DNA of 57,630 nt from Myxococcales bacterium (GTDB taxonomy: Bacteria > Myxococcota_A > UBA9042): NCBI GenBank assembly GCA_037441385.1, contig JBBISH010000027.1, forward strand, positions 1 to 57,630. Reading direction: 5' to 3'. Under the pieces are notes generated by a model that was not told the DNA's origin, made no database searches, and worked only from the letters and a program-made list of their open reading frames with translations. The position numbers and the translations under genes were made by a program. Positions 25,029 to 33,934 of this stretch are shown piece by piece (the stretch's first letter is position 1; each line of letters begins with the position of its first letter).

Positions 25029-25129
25029 GGACAAACGAAAAAGGCTAGGAGACGGGCGGCACTCAATAAGATCATAATGTATAACTAACTGGACATGTAG
25101 TGTCGCCCGTTTTGCCGACAGGCTCCTAG
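25029..25129. repeat. 101-bp direct repeat, copy 1 (copy 2 at 27567-27667)
   Basis: Manual alignment gives 6 mismatches in 101 nt. The inner 85 bp are bounded by CTAGGAG...CTCCTAG and contain a GC stem around an AT-rich loop. Confidence 0.92.
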
Positions 25130-25503
25130 CGCGGTTGCAGCAGAGTCACCAACACCGACAGGTCGGGCGGCGGCGCTTTGACGGTCTCGGGCAGCGCCTG
25201 CAGCGCCTTGGGGGCGCGGCGCACGAGCTTCCACTCCGCATGCGGGTGGTCGGTCACCAGCCAGCCGCGGTCATTCCAGGTCCAGTACATGCCGCGCAGC
25301 CGCCACACCGGCCGGTCGGGCGCGTTGACTTGCGGCACGGTCCAGGTCGCCTTCACCGCGCGTTCCGCTTCAAAGACGAGCAGCGGCGGCGCGGGAACGC
25401 GGCGCACCCAACGGCGATGCGAGTGGGCTTCGGCGGTTTGAGGGGCCGCGGCCGCCAGGGCCAGAGCCAGCGCGAGGCTCAGATTCGTCAACGTCTTCAA
25501 CAT
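25126..25503 (-). CDS. Small secreted hypothetical protein (Trp/Arg-rich)
   Basis: GGAGG RBS before ATG 25503; signal peptide with an AxA cleavage site (TAEA); ~125 aa. Confidence 0.7.
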   Translation of the reverse strand: MLKTLTNLSLALALALAAAAPQTAEAHSHRRWVRRVPAPPLLVFEAERAVKATWTVPQVNAPDRPVWRLRGMYWTWNDRGWLVTDHPHAEWKLVRRAPKALQALPETVKAPPPDLSVLVTLLQPR

Positions 25504-25599
25504 GGAAACCTCCCGAGTTCTACCGCGCACGGTGCTGCGGCCGTGTCACCGCCGGCCGTTGCCCCCCGAGCTGTTGGGGTTGCCGCACGCCCACATCTA

Positions 25600-25617
25600 T
25601 TGCCAGGTCCGTGCCAA
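25600..25617 (-). promoter_or_regulatory. Sigma54 (-24/-12) promoter for the secreted protein gene
   Basis: Minus strand reads TTGGCACGGACCTGGCAA, with exact GG-N10-GC spacing. It lies ~100 nt upstream of the ATG and is divergent from a sigma54 activator gene. Confidence 0.65.
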
Positions 25618-25938
25618 ACTCTGTATGTAGTGAATAATGCTTATCTATCGACTCGGGGTGCCGCTCGATCTCGATCGGGTCGATTTGGAGACGGCTCGGC
25701 GCTCTTGAGCTATCTACACAAAAGTATTGACGTTTGGCGCGGAAACGAGGACCGCCCGCGACTTGGCCGCCGGCTGTGACCGCACAGGCCAGAGGTTGGG
25801 ACCGTCACACTTCCTCACCGATGGGGCGGCCGTCGTCGGCGTTTTCGCGGCGACTCGGGCAGTCGACTTGCGCAAGCGGCTTTGCAGTCGCAAAATGGGC
25901 CGGGCCGGCGATCCCAGAGTCCCTGGCGGAAGCGAACG

Positions 25939-27306
25939 ATGCCATTCGAACGTAAACCCGTTGATTCCACAGCGCCTGTCGCGCCAGTGCAGCGCCTTGA
26001 TCGGCTGCAACTGCTGTGGAATTTGGTGCGGGTCTACCCCGACGGCGACTCCTTGGTGCTCCGCATCGACGACCAGCCGCAAGTGGTGGGCCGCAGCGAG
26101 CCCACGTCGACGTCGGATGTGCCGCTTCAAGACGCGCGTGTCTCGCGCCGCCATGCCGAGGTGCGCGCGACCGAAGAGGGCTTGCTGGTTCGCGATCTGG
26201 GGTCGACCAACGGCACCTTCTTGGACGGAGCTCGGGTGCGCGCGGCCTGCGCCACGGATGGGCAAGTCCTCCGGATGGGCGACCACCTTTTTGTGGTGTG
26301 CCGCCGCCGACCCAAGTTCGAGGCCGACGACCTGGGGCTGCTGGGGCACAGCGCTGAGCTGGCCGATATTCGCCAAATTCTGCGGCGTGTGGCCCCTAGT
26401 GCGCTGGCCGTGCTCATCGAAGGCCGCACCGGCACCGGCAAAGAGCTCATCGCCCAGGCCATCCACAAGCTGAGCAGCCGCACCGGGCCGTTGGTGCCGA
26501 TCAATTGCGCGGCCCTTGCGCCCAACCTGGTCGAGAGCACGCTGTTTGGCCATCGCCGCGGGGCTTTTACCGGCGCGGCGGCCGACCAGTTGGGCGCCTT
26601 CCGCGCGGCCCAGGGCGGCACGCTGTTCCTTGACGAAGTCGGCGACCTGCCCTTTGACACCCAGCCCAAGTTGCTGCGCGCCCTCGAGTCGGGCGAGATC
26701 ACTCCGCTTGGCTCGACCCAGGCCGTCCACGTGGACGTGCGCGTCGTCGCCGCCACCAACGTGCCCCTGGGCGAGGCTACCGCCGCCGGACGCTTCCGCG
26801 AGGACCTGTTGGCCCGTTTGCTGGGGGTGCGCATCTTGGCGCCCACGCTGCAGCAGCGGCGGGTGGACGTGCTGCTGCTTTTTCGCCGCATGCTGCAAGA
26901 CGCTGGCTGCAAGGCACGGCCCACGGTGGCGGCCGCAGAGGCGTTGGTCCTGTACGATTGGCCAAGAAATGTACGCGAACTCAAGCAGCTGGCTCATCGA
27001 TTGGCCGTCTTGCATGGCGATCGCGAGTGGCTGGAACTAGAGCACTTGGGCGACGAATTCCAGCGCCCGCAGCTGGACCCCGACTCCGGCTTTGATCAGC
27101 CCACCGCGCCGGCCAGCGACGCTGGCTTTGAGCTGGATGGCCCGCCCAGTCGCGATCAGCTGCTCAATTGGTGGCAGGCCTGTGGCGGCAACGTCAGCGA
27201 GTTGGCCCGGCGTGTCCACCGCAGCCGCAAGCAGGTCTATCGTTGGTTCGAAGCGGCCGGACTCGAGCGCGAACTCGCGGCCGACGACTCGACGCGGACA
27301 GGTTGA
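25939..27306 (+). CDS. FHA-domain sigma54-dependent enhancer-binding protein
   Basis: FHA motifs (VGR...VSRRHA...DLGSTNGT), Walker A GRTGTGKE, GAFTGA, LFLDEVG, WPRNVREL and a C-terminal HTH. Confidence 0.92.
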   Translation: MPFERKPVDSTAPVAPVQRLDRLQLLWNLVRVYPDGDSLVLRIDDQPQVVGRSEPTSTSDVPLQDARVSRRHAEVRATEEGLLVRDLGSTNGTFLDGARVRAACATDGQVLRMGDHLFVVCRRRPKFEADDLGLLGHSAELADIRQILRRVAPSALAVLIEGRTGTGKELIAQAIHKLSSRTGPLVPINCAALAPNLVESTLFGHRRGAFTGAAADQLGAFRAAQGGTLFLDEVGDLPFDTQPKLLRALESGEITPLGSTQAVHVDVRVVAATNVPLGEATAAGRFREDLLARLLGVRILAPTLQQRRVDVLLLFRRMLQDAGCKARPTVAAAEALVLYDWPRNVRELKQLAHRLAVLHGDREWLELEHLGDEFQRPQLDPDSGFDQPTAPASDAGFELDGPPSRDQLLNWWQACGGNVSELARRVHRSRKQVYRWFEAAGLERELAADDSTRTG

Positions 27307-27460
27307 ACCGGCGTCTGATTGGGTTGGCTTCGCGGCATGTTGCGAAGTGTTATGGGCCCGTCATGAAATAGCTTGAGCATTTCGGCTGCTGGGTGGGCCG
27401 CAAGCTCCCGGCCTTTGGGCCGATTCGCCGCGGCGATGTTCAAAGGTGATCGACTTGTTC

Positions 27461-27667
27461 CTAGGAGCGTGTCGGGATAATCCCGGCACAATCCTAGCGC
27501 AGCGTCTTGCGCGGCGGCAATTGGCTGAAATCGCACGAATTCACTTCGGGCGATTTTCGGCCAGTTGGACATACGAAAAAGGCTAGGAGACTGGCGGCAC
27601 CCAATAAGATCACAATGTATAACTAAATGGACATGTAGTGTCGCCCATTTTGCCGACAGGCTCCTAG
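27461..27667. mobile_element. Putative non-autonomous MITE/REP-like palindromic element containing repeat copy 2
   Basis: Termini CTAGGAGCGTGTCGG and CCGACAGGCTCCTAG form a 15-bp inverted pair with one mismatch. Several internal hairpins; no transposase in the window. Confidence 0.55.
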
Positions 27668-28165
27668 ACAGTCCCTAATACGAACCCCGTCTGATTCACG
27701 CCTGTACGGTTCCTCTGACCCGGTCTGCAACCGGCGAGAATCAGGCGGGGACCCCGGTTCGGGCCCGAAGAATTGCCGAAGATTTCGAGCCGATTTGGAC
27801 GGAAACCGTATAAGTACGCACACAAACAACTCAACACTAGTACCCACAATTGATTGCCAAGTTTCACGTCTGCACATCTGCTTCAGTTTCAGCTCGTTGC
27901 ATCGGGTCACGCCGCCAGCCGCTTTCGCTCCGCTCAGCTTGGATTTCGCCAAAAGCTAGTTATAATCAGCTATTCTACCTTGTCCGCTGACGTGGACGAC
28001 CGACGGCGGTTGGCCATGTTTGCACACACCTGGGTTGGTTCCCGCCGGCCGTGTCGACTAGGCTGATCGCGGAGGCGCACACTACTTCCTCGATTCCAGT
28101 GCCAAATCCACGCCCTATTCAAGAGTCTTTACACTTTGCGGTGAAAACGTAGCGGTGAGCAAAAC

Positions 28166-29695
28166 ATGTCTACACAAATTCCAACGGCGCTGAGTCGCCG
28201 CGGCTTTCTGTCCGCTGGGGCGGCACTTGTGGGCTCCTTTGCCATCGGCCGCGGCGGCGATAGCTACGCAACCGGCAAGTTGGCTTGGGGCGACTATCCC
28301 GACAACCTCAAGGCCTATCAGCTGCCGAGCACACTGCAGGCCAAGAATGTCCTGGAACTGTTCGTGTTGGGCGGTCTGAGCCCGTGGGAGACCTTCTACG
28401 GCAGCGATGACCCGGCCTACGGCAAGGCGACCGACTCGATGTGGTGGTCGTTCCAACAGGGGGCCAGCAACATGCCCTACTGGACGGCCAAGAATCCGGA
28501 CTGCAAGTACCCGCCGCTCCTGGACTTCATGCCCGACTCGCTGGGCCACATGGTCAAGTTTGGCACGCTGGCCGAACCCCTGCGCAGCCGGGCCGACATC
28601 CTGGAGCGTTTGCGCCTGCACGTGGTCTCGCACGGCATCTATCCCCATGATTTTGCACGCGCGTTGGCGGCAACCGGGCTGGCTGGCGGCGCGCCGCGGT
28701 TGGCGGGCATCGGCACCATGGTTGGGCACTACCTGATGGAGCACAGCCCCACGCTGATTGCGCCGACCTATGTGCTCACCGAGGGGCCGACTCTGTTGCC
28801 CGCGGCGACCCGTGTGGGCTTCCATCCGGTGGCGGCGCGGCCGCTCGAGTTGCGCGTGACGGGCAACCCTTCGCCGTTGTTCCAGACCGTGGAACCCGTG
28901 CCCACGCCGGTGCAAAAGCTGGCCCAGGCCATGAAGGCCACGTACTACCAGCGGCACAGTTGGCCGGGCATGGGTGGGCACGTGCGGTCGGCGTCGCTGA
29001 GCAACCTGGACAGCATCGACGCCCAATTGGCCGGCCTGGATGCGCTGAGCAAGGTGTTGACACCGCAAGACTTTGTCTCACCCGCCGGGACCAGCACGGC
29101 CGGGGCCTACATCCATGACCTGACCCAGACCAAGATGAAGATGGCCGCCAAAATCTTGACCCAGACGGGCGGAGCGGCGCGGCACGTCACCGTGGTCGAC
29201 ACCGGGTTCTCTACGGGCGACACGGCCTTTGGCGTGGCGGCGTACGACTTCCATACCGCCTTTGTCAAGCAGGCCGTCGACCGCTATCCCCCCATGTGGA
29301 AACAACTTTGTGCCGTGATCAACCAGCCGGGCGAGGCCGATCCCGCCAAGATCGACCTCAACCAAACGCTGGTCGTCATCAACACGGAATTCGGGCGCTC
29401 GCCCGAACCGCAAGACTGGCAGCTGGGTCGCAACCACCATCCGATGGCCTACGTCACGGCGATGTTTGGCGGGCCGGTGGGCAAGGCGCAAAAGGGCATC
29501 GTGGGCGCCATCGACGCGGACGCCGCGCCGGTGGGGGCACTGACCCCGGTCGAGACGCGGATGGCGGTGCTGGTGGCCCTGGGTATCTACCCGTTCTCTA
29601 AAGAGACGTTTGATTACGCCGATGTGCCGGGGGCCAAGACGCCCGAAGAGGCGTTGACCAAGCTCAACCAAATCGTGCTGGGGGTGAAGCCATGA
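28166..29695 (+). CDS. Tat-exported DUF1501-like protein
   Basis: SRRGFL twin-arginine motif; GGxSxxETF, YDxH, TEFGRSP and GRNHHP motifs resemble DUF1501. Confidence 0.7.
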   Translation: MSTQIPTALSRRGFLSAGAALVGSFAIGRGGDSYATGKLAWGDYPDNLKAYQLPSTLQAKNVLELFVLGGLSPWETFYGSDDPAYGKATDSMWWSFQQGASNMPYWTAKNPDCKYPPLLDFMPDSLGHMVKFGTLAEPLRSRADILERLRLHVVSHGIYPHDFARALAATGLAGGAPRLAGIGTMVGHYLMEHSPTLIAPTYVLTEGPTLLPAATRVGFHPVAARPLELRVTGNPSPLFQTVEPVPTPVQKLAQAMKATYYQRHSWPGMGGHVRSASLSNLDSIDAQLAGLDALSKVLTPQDFVSPAGTSTAGAYIHDLTQTKMKMAAKILTQTGGAARHVTVVDTGFSTGDTAFGVAAYDFHTAFVKQAVDRYPPMWKQLCAVINQPGEADPAKIDLNQTLVVINTEFGRSPEPQDWQLGRNHHPMAYVTAMFGGPVGKAQKGIVGAIDADAAPVGALTPVETRMAVLVALGIYPFSKETFDYADVPGAKTPEEALTKLNQIVLGVKP

Positions 29696-32148
29696 ACGAC
29701 TTCTCTAGAGCACGGTTCTGCCCGGCGGCGCTCGCAACCGCCGCACTTTGGACCCTGGTGGCTTGCGGCAGTGGCGCGGTTGCTCCGGCAGACGGCGCGG
29801 CCACCTCAACGGCGGATGGGGCGGCCAAAGACGGGGTCGCGGGCCAGGACGCGGCCGATTCGCTAAACCCCAAGGATGCTGCGGGTGTGGACGCTGTCGT
29901 GGCGGATATCGATGAAGTAGACATTCAGCAAGTTGATATTCAGCAAGTTGACGCCTGGCCCGATGCCGATATCGAGGACGCGACGAGCGGCGCCAGCGAC
30001 GTTGCCGCACCAAAAGACAGCACAGCTACGGACAGCGATGCCCTTGCCGACGCCGTGGATGCCGCCGATGGAGCGCCATCCGCCGACGCTGTGGCCGACG
30101 CTGTGGCCGACGCTGGTGCCGACGCCGGCCCGCAACCGCCCCTGCCGCCCAGTGTTTGCGACGCGGGCAACCACGCCTGGGCCGCGCGAGCGGTGCAGGT
30201 GCTCACTGGGCGCAAACCGTGGAGCATGGCCGAGGTCGACGTCTTGGTGAAACTGATCGAGGCCTCGGACCGGGCCACCGTCGCCAAGGCGCTGCTGCAG
30301 ACTCCTGAGGCAAAAACTCATTGGATCGAGCGGCTTTATAGCCTGTCGCGGATCTACCGTTCGGGTCACCAGGTCAACGCAGGCTGCTATCAAACCACCA
30401 CCGCGGCGGGCGACAGCCCCGATCTGGCCAAATTCATTCGCGACAACCCGCCCACCGCGGCGATGCCCATGCCGGGGGCCACCATGGCCGATGTCGCGCG
30501 CTCGGCCATCGCGCTCGACGATGTATCGCCTTGGTTTGATGCGCAATTGTTTGCCATGCTGGGGCACCCCGCGTCGTTCTGCAAGAATGTCGACGAGGTC
30601 GAGATGGACCGGCTGCGGCGACTGGGCTACGGCGAGCGCTTCATGGCGCAGTACATGAACCGCAACCTGGGCTGCCTGACCTGCCACAACAGCGGCTACT
30701 CCACGACCTACACCGCGGATCCCGCCACCAATCGCTTTTGGGCCATCCCGGGCAAGTTCGAGAGCACGTTGCTGGGCAAACCGACCGGCCCCACGGACAC
30801 CGTGGCCTACCAAGCCCTGCGCCTGCGCGGCGTGTTGTCGGCGCTGTCGATCGTCGAGATGCCCGAAAAGCTGGTCTGGCCAGCGGATTCCAAGCCGCCG
30901 GTGCGGCCGTGGGAATGGGCTGCGGGTTGTGGGCAGTTCATGGCCAAGGCCGATGTAGAGCCGAGCTTGGATGGCTCCTCGGGATTCCTGGGCGGCGACT
31001 TGGGCGTCAAGGGCAGCATTTGGGACGTGGAGGCGCGGCTGCGCGCAGGCCTAGCCAAGCTGGCGGTCGATGGCGATGTGCCAGATACCACGGCGGTTTC
31101 CAACGATCCCGACCGCGCCCTGGCCTATCTGCTGGCCACGCGGGTAGTGTCGGACTTGTGGGGCCAACTCTATGGCACGCCGCTGACCATCGGTCATCGC
31201 TTTGCGCGCAATGTCCAAGAGCGCGATTTGATGATCGACTTGAGCCGCAAGCTCATCGCCAGCCACTGGTCGCTCAAGACCGTGCTGGCGGCGATGGTGA
31301 CGGAGCCCGGCTTCAACGAACTGCCGGCCAGTGCCGGGTGTGGCCCCAATGGGCCGTATAGCCTGTCGCCGATTTTCGACCCGTTTTCGACCAACAACGT
31401 GGTGGCCATGGAGCAAGGCAACAGCCCGGCCGACGGTCTGCATCGCGAGCAGGCGCTGACTTTGGTGCGGATGGCGGCTATGGCGGCGGGGTGGCAGGCG
31501 CCTGGCCCTATGCCGCTCATCTCGGGCGAGATCATGCTGGATGACTCGGTGGGCTTCCCACAGCCGCTGAACTTGAACGAATTCGCGTTCCGAATTGGTG
31601 GCTACCTGGACGATGCCCGGCCGGGGACCGACGACATGGATCCGTCTGGCTTTGCGCTGTGGCGGTCGCTGGTGGCGGGCTGTCGCGTGCAGTTGCCAGA
31701 CGGCACCGTGATTAGCAGCGATGCGACCAGCGACGGCGACTTCATTGACCAATTGGTGGTCGCGGCCAAGGCGCAGTCGAGCACTGTGGGCGACGTGGTG
31801 GTGGCGATCCGCGATCGGCTGATCAATGAACCCGATATTCCGCCTGGAGAATTGTCCGCGAGCCTGGCGCTTTTTGGCGTGGCGAGCGGCGCGGTGTTGG
31901 CCACCAAGGTGCCCGATTTGGACAAGTCGGCACGCACCTATTGCGGCGCGGTCTTGGCGTCGCCACAGTTCTGGCTGACGGGTGTGCCCGGCCCCGTGCA
32001 GCAGACGCGCGCCAAGCTAGCCGTGCTGCCGACCGCGACGTTCCAGGCCAACTGCAACACCTTGGCCCCACTGGTCTTTCCGCCCACAGACTACCAAGTG
32101 ACCTGCGACGCGACCAGCCTGAGTGTAACGGCCAAGGTCAAGCCGTAG
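29692..32148 (+). CDS. Large lipoprotein with a single c-type heme motif (DUF1549/DUF1553-like partner of DUF1501)
   Basis: LVAC lipobox, acidic linker and CLTCH at 30673-30687. The ATGA overlap with the upstream gene implies translational coupling. Confidence 0.6.
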   Translation: MNDFSRARFCPAALATAALWTLVACGSGAVAPADGAATSTADGAAKDGVAGQDAADSLNPKDAAGVDAVVADIDEVDIQQVDIQQVDAWPDADIEDATSGASDVAAPKDSTATDSDALADAVDAADGAPSADAVADAVADAGADAGPQPPLPPSVCDAGNHAWAARAVQVLTGRKPWSMAEVDVLVKLIEASDRATVAKALLQTPEAKTHWIERLYSLSRIYRSGHQVNAGCYQTTTAAGDSPDLAKFIRDNPPTAAMPMPGATMADVARSAIALDDVSPWFDAQLFAMLGHPASFCKNVDEVEMDRLRRLGYGERFMAQYMNRNLGCLTCHNSGYSTTYTADPATNRFWAIPGKFESTLLGKPTGPTDTVAYQALRLRGVLSALSIVEMPEKLVWPADSKPPVRPWEWAAGCGQFMAKADVEPSLDGSSGFLGGDLGVKGSIWDVEARLRAGLAKLAVDGDVPDTTAVSNDPDRALAYLLATRVVSDLWGQLYGTPLTIGHRFARNVQERDLMIDLSRKLIASHWSLKTVLAAMVTEPGFNELPASAGCGPNGPYSLSPIFDPFSTNNVVAMEQGNSPADGLHREQALTLVRMAAMAAGWQAPGPMPLISGEIMLDDSVGFPQPLNLNEFAFRIGGYLDDARPGTDDMDPSGFALWRSLVAGCRVQLPDGTVISSDATSDGDFIDQLVVAAKAQSSTVGDVVVAIRDRLINEPDIPPGELSASLALFGVASGAVLATKVPDLDKSARTYCGAVLASPQFWLTGVPGPVQQTRAKLAVLPTATFQANCNTLAPLVFPPTDYQVTCDATSLSVTAKVKP

Positions 32149-32173
32149 GTCGACGACACCAAGGTAGTCCGGA

Positions 32174-32971
32174 TCAACCCTTGTGGCAGCCGTTGCACTT
32201 GGTCGGGGCTTTCTCGTCGCCCTTCTCTTTGTGGCAGCCGATGCAGCGGATGTGGTACGGGTTCTTGGTCGCGGCTTTCTCTTTGCAGCTCGGGGCCTTG
32301 TCGGTCGGGTCCAGGTGGCAGTTGGCGCACTTCTTGACGGGCGTGTCACTGCCGGCCTTCAAGCCCTTCTGGGTGTGGTGGCAGGTGTCGCAAGCCAGCT
32401 TGTTTTCTACGATGTGCTCTTTGTGCGGGAAGGCGACGGGGGGCTTGGTCGCCTGGCATTCCTTTACCGAGATGTTGTCCGGTGCATTCTTGGCCTTGAC
32501 TCCCGCAGCCTCGGCGGGCTTGGCGTCGGCCTTGGGTTCGGTCTTGGCTTCGGGTTTGGCGTCGGCCGGTTTGGCAGCCGTGGCGGCCTGCAGCGACCCC
32601 TTGAAGGACACCACAGCACTGCCACAGGAGATCTTGCCGGTCAGCGCCTTGGCCTTGGCCGGAGCCGCCTTGGCCGCTGTGTAGGTGGCCACCACCGCCT
32701 CTTTGGCGCCAGCGGGCAGAGTCAGCCCCTTCTTGTCAAAAGTGAAGCCGGTGCCCTTGCAAGAGACGCCCTTGGCCTCGGCGCCGCCTTGGTTTTCCAG
32801 CGTGAAATTCACGGATTTCTTGGCGCCCGCGTCTAGGTTGCCCAGGTCGACTTGCGCGGGCGTGGCGACCAACTTGGCCTTGCCTGCCGCATAGGCCGGA
32901 CCTGCGGTGCACACCAGCAGGGCAAGAACAGGGACGAACCCGGCGCGCACGCCGGAAAAAGCGCAGAACAT
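32174..32971 (-). CDS. Tetraheme class III cytochrome c3 fused to an N-terminal Ig-like domain
   Basis: Signal peptide; Ig-like segment (DLGNL...FTLENQG...LPAG); AKP-rich linker; FPHKEH followed by CDTCHH, CANCH, CIGCH and CNGCH. Confidence 0.85.
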   Translation of the reverse strand: MFCAFSGVRAGFVPVLALLVCTAGPAYAAGKAKLVATPAQVDLGNLDAGAKKSVNFTLENQGGAEAKGVSCKGTGFTFDKKGLTLPAGAKEAVVATYTAAKAAPAKAKALTGKISCGSAVVSFKGSLQAATAAKPADAKPEAKTEPKADAKPAEAAGVKAKNAPDNISVKECQATKPPVAFPHKEHIVENKLACDTCHHTQKGLKAGSDTPVKKCANCHLDPTDKAPSCKEKAATKNPYHIRCIGCHKEKGDEKAPTKCNGCHKG

Positions 32972-32989
32972 GGAGCCTCCAGGGCGCGG

Positions 32990-33005
32990 AGCAAGCGTGG
33001 CGCCA
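32990..33005 (-). promoter_or_regulatory. Possible sigma54 promoter upstream of the cytochrome c3 gene
   Basis: Minus strand reads TGGCGCCACGCTTGCT (GG-N10-GC, TTGC). It is very close to the RBS, so tentative. Confidence 0.4.
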
Positions 33006-33037
33006 TGGCAAGGGTACGCCTGTTGGGTGGCGGTTGG

Positions 33038-33934
33038 CTATGGTCGCAGTTCCGCGGCCAAGCCGCTGCGAAAGTCGGGATACTGCAGCGGAATACCCAG
33101 GATTTGCCGGGTCCAAACACTGCGAATGCGGCGGTTGGGCCCCATCGGCATGGTGCTGCTGTGACAGGCCGGGATGCCCAGGTGCTCGGCCACCCATTGG
33201 ACGACCTCGCGCCGCGTGGGTGGATGCCCGTCGCTGCCGTGGTAGACGGCGCCGTCTTGGCCGCGATCCAGAGCCGCCAGCACCACTTGCACGGCGTCGG
33301 CCTGGTGGCAGAAGTTCATGAACGCGTCGTCGCCCGGTCCCAGGGCCAGCGCGCCGCTGCGCACCCGCTGCAGAGTTCCCCAGCGCCCCGGACCATAGAG
33401 GCCGGACAGGCGCACGATCCGCGTGGGGCTCCCGGTGGCGGCCGCATGGCGCAGCAGATCCTCGGCTTGGACGAGTACCTCGCCCGTGGCCGTGGTTGGC
33501 AAAGGCTGGGTTGTTTCATGGACATCGGAGCCGTCTGTTTGACCAAAGACACCCGTAGAGCCGGTATAGACCAGGGCGCGCAAAGGCAATCGCTCCGCCG
33601 CGCGCAAAAGCGTCTGATTGGCGGTCAGGTAAGCGTCGCGGTAGGCCTGGGCGTCGCCACCGCTGGCCGCCTGGCACGCCACGATCGCGTCCGTGTCGGC
33701 GGGCAGCGCCAAATGTGCAGTGGGATCCAAGAGATCCAGAACCAGCGGCTGGATGCCCTGCCCGACCAGCTCGGCTGCTCTTGCCGAGTCGCGACGAATG
33801 CCGGTGACGCGGTGCCCCTGAGCGAGCAGTGCGCGCGCGACGGCCAACCCCAACCAACCGCAGCCGGCGACGACGACGTGCATGGGCCGAGCCGCGTGAA
33901 CTGCCTCTGGAGTTGGCCTCGCGTCGCGGTTCAC
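33038..33934 (-). CDS. NAD-dependent epimerase/atypical SDR (YeeZ-like)
   Basis: GCGWLG nucleotide-binding motif, STGVFG and RLSGLYGPGR. The GTG start overlaps the aroF stop; an alternative ATG is at 33883. Confidence 0.85.
   Translation of the reverse strand: MNRDARPTPEAVHAARPMHVVVAGCGWLGLAVARALLAQGHRVTGIRRDSARAAELVGQGIQPLVLDLLDPTAHLALPADTDAIVACQAASGGDAQAYRDAYLTANQTLLRAAERLPLRALVYTGSTGVFGQTDGSDVHETTQPLPTTATGEVLVQAEDLLRHAAATGSPTRIVRLSGLYGPGRWGTLQRVRSGALALGPGDDAFMNFCHQADAVQVVLAALDRGQDGAVYHGSDGHPPTRREVVQWVAEHLGIPACHSSTMPMGPNRRIRSVWTRQILGIPLQYPDFRSGLAAELRP

Noticed and set aside
25029..25129. Integron attC interpretation of the repeat
   Set aside because: It lacks RYYYAAC/GTTRRRY ends and there is no integrase in the window.
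29918..29952. 15-bp in-frame duplication (VDIQQ x2)
   Set aside because: Ordinary slippage in a low-complexity linker.
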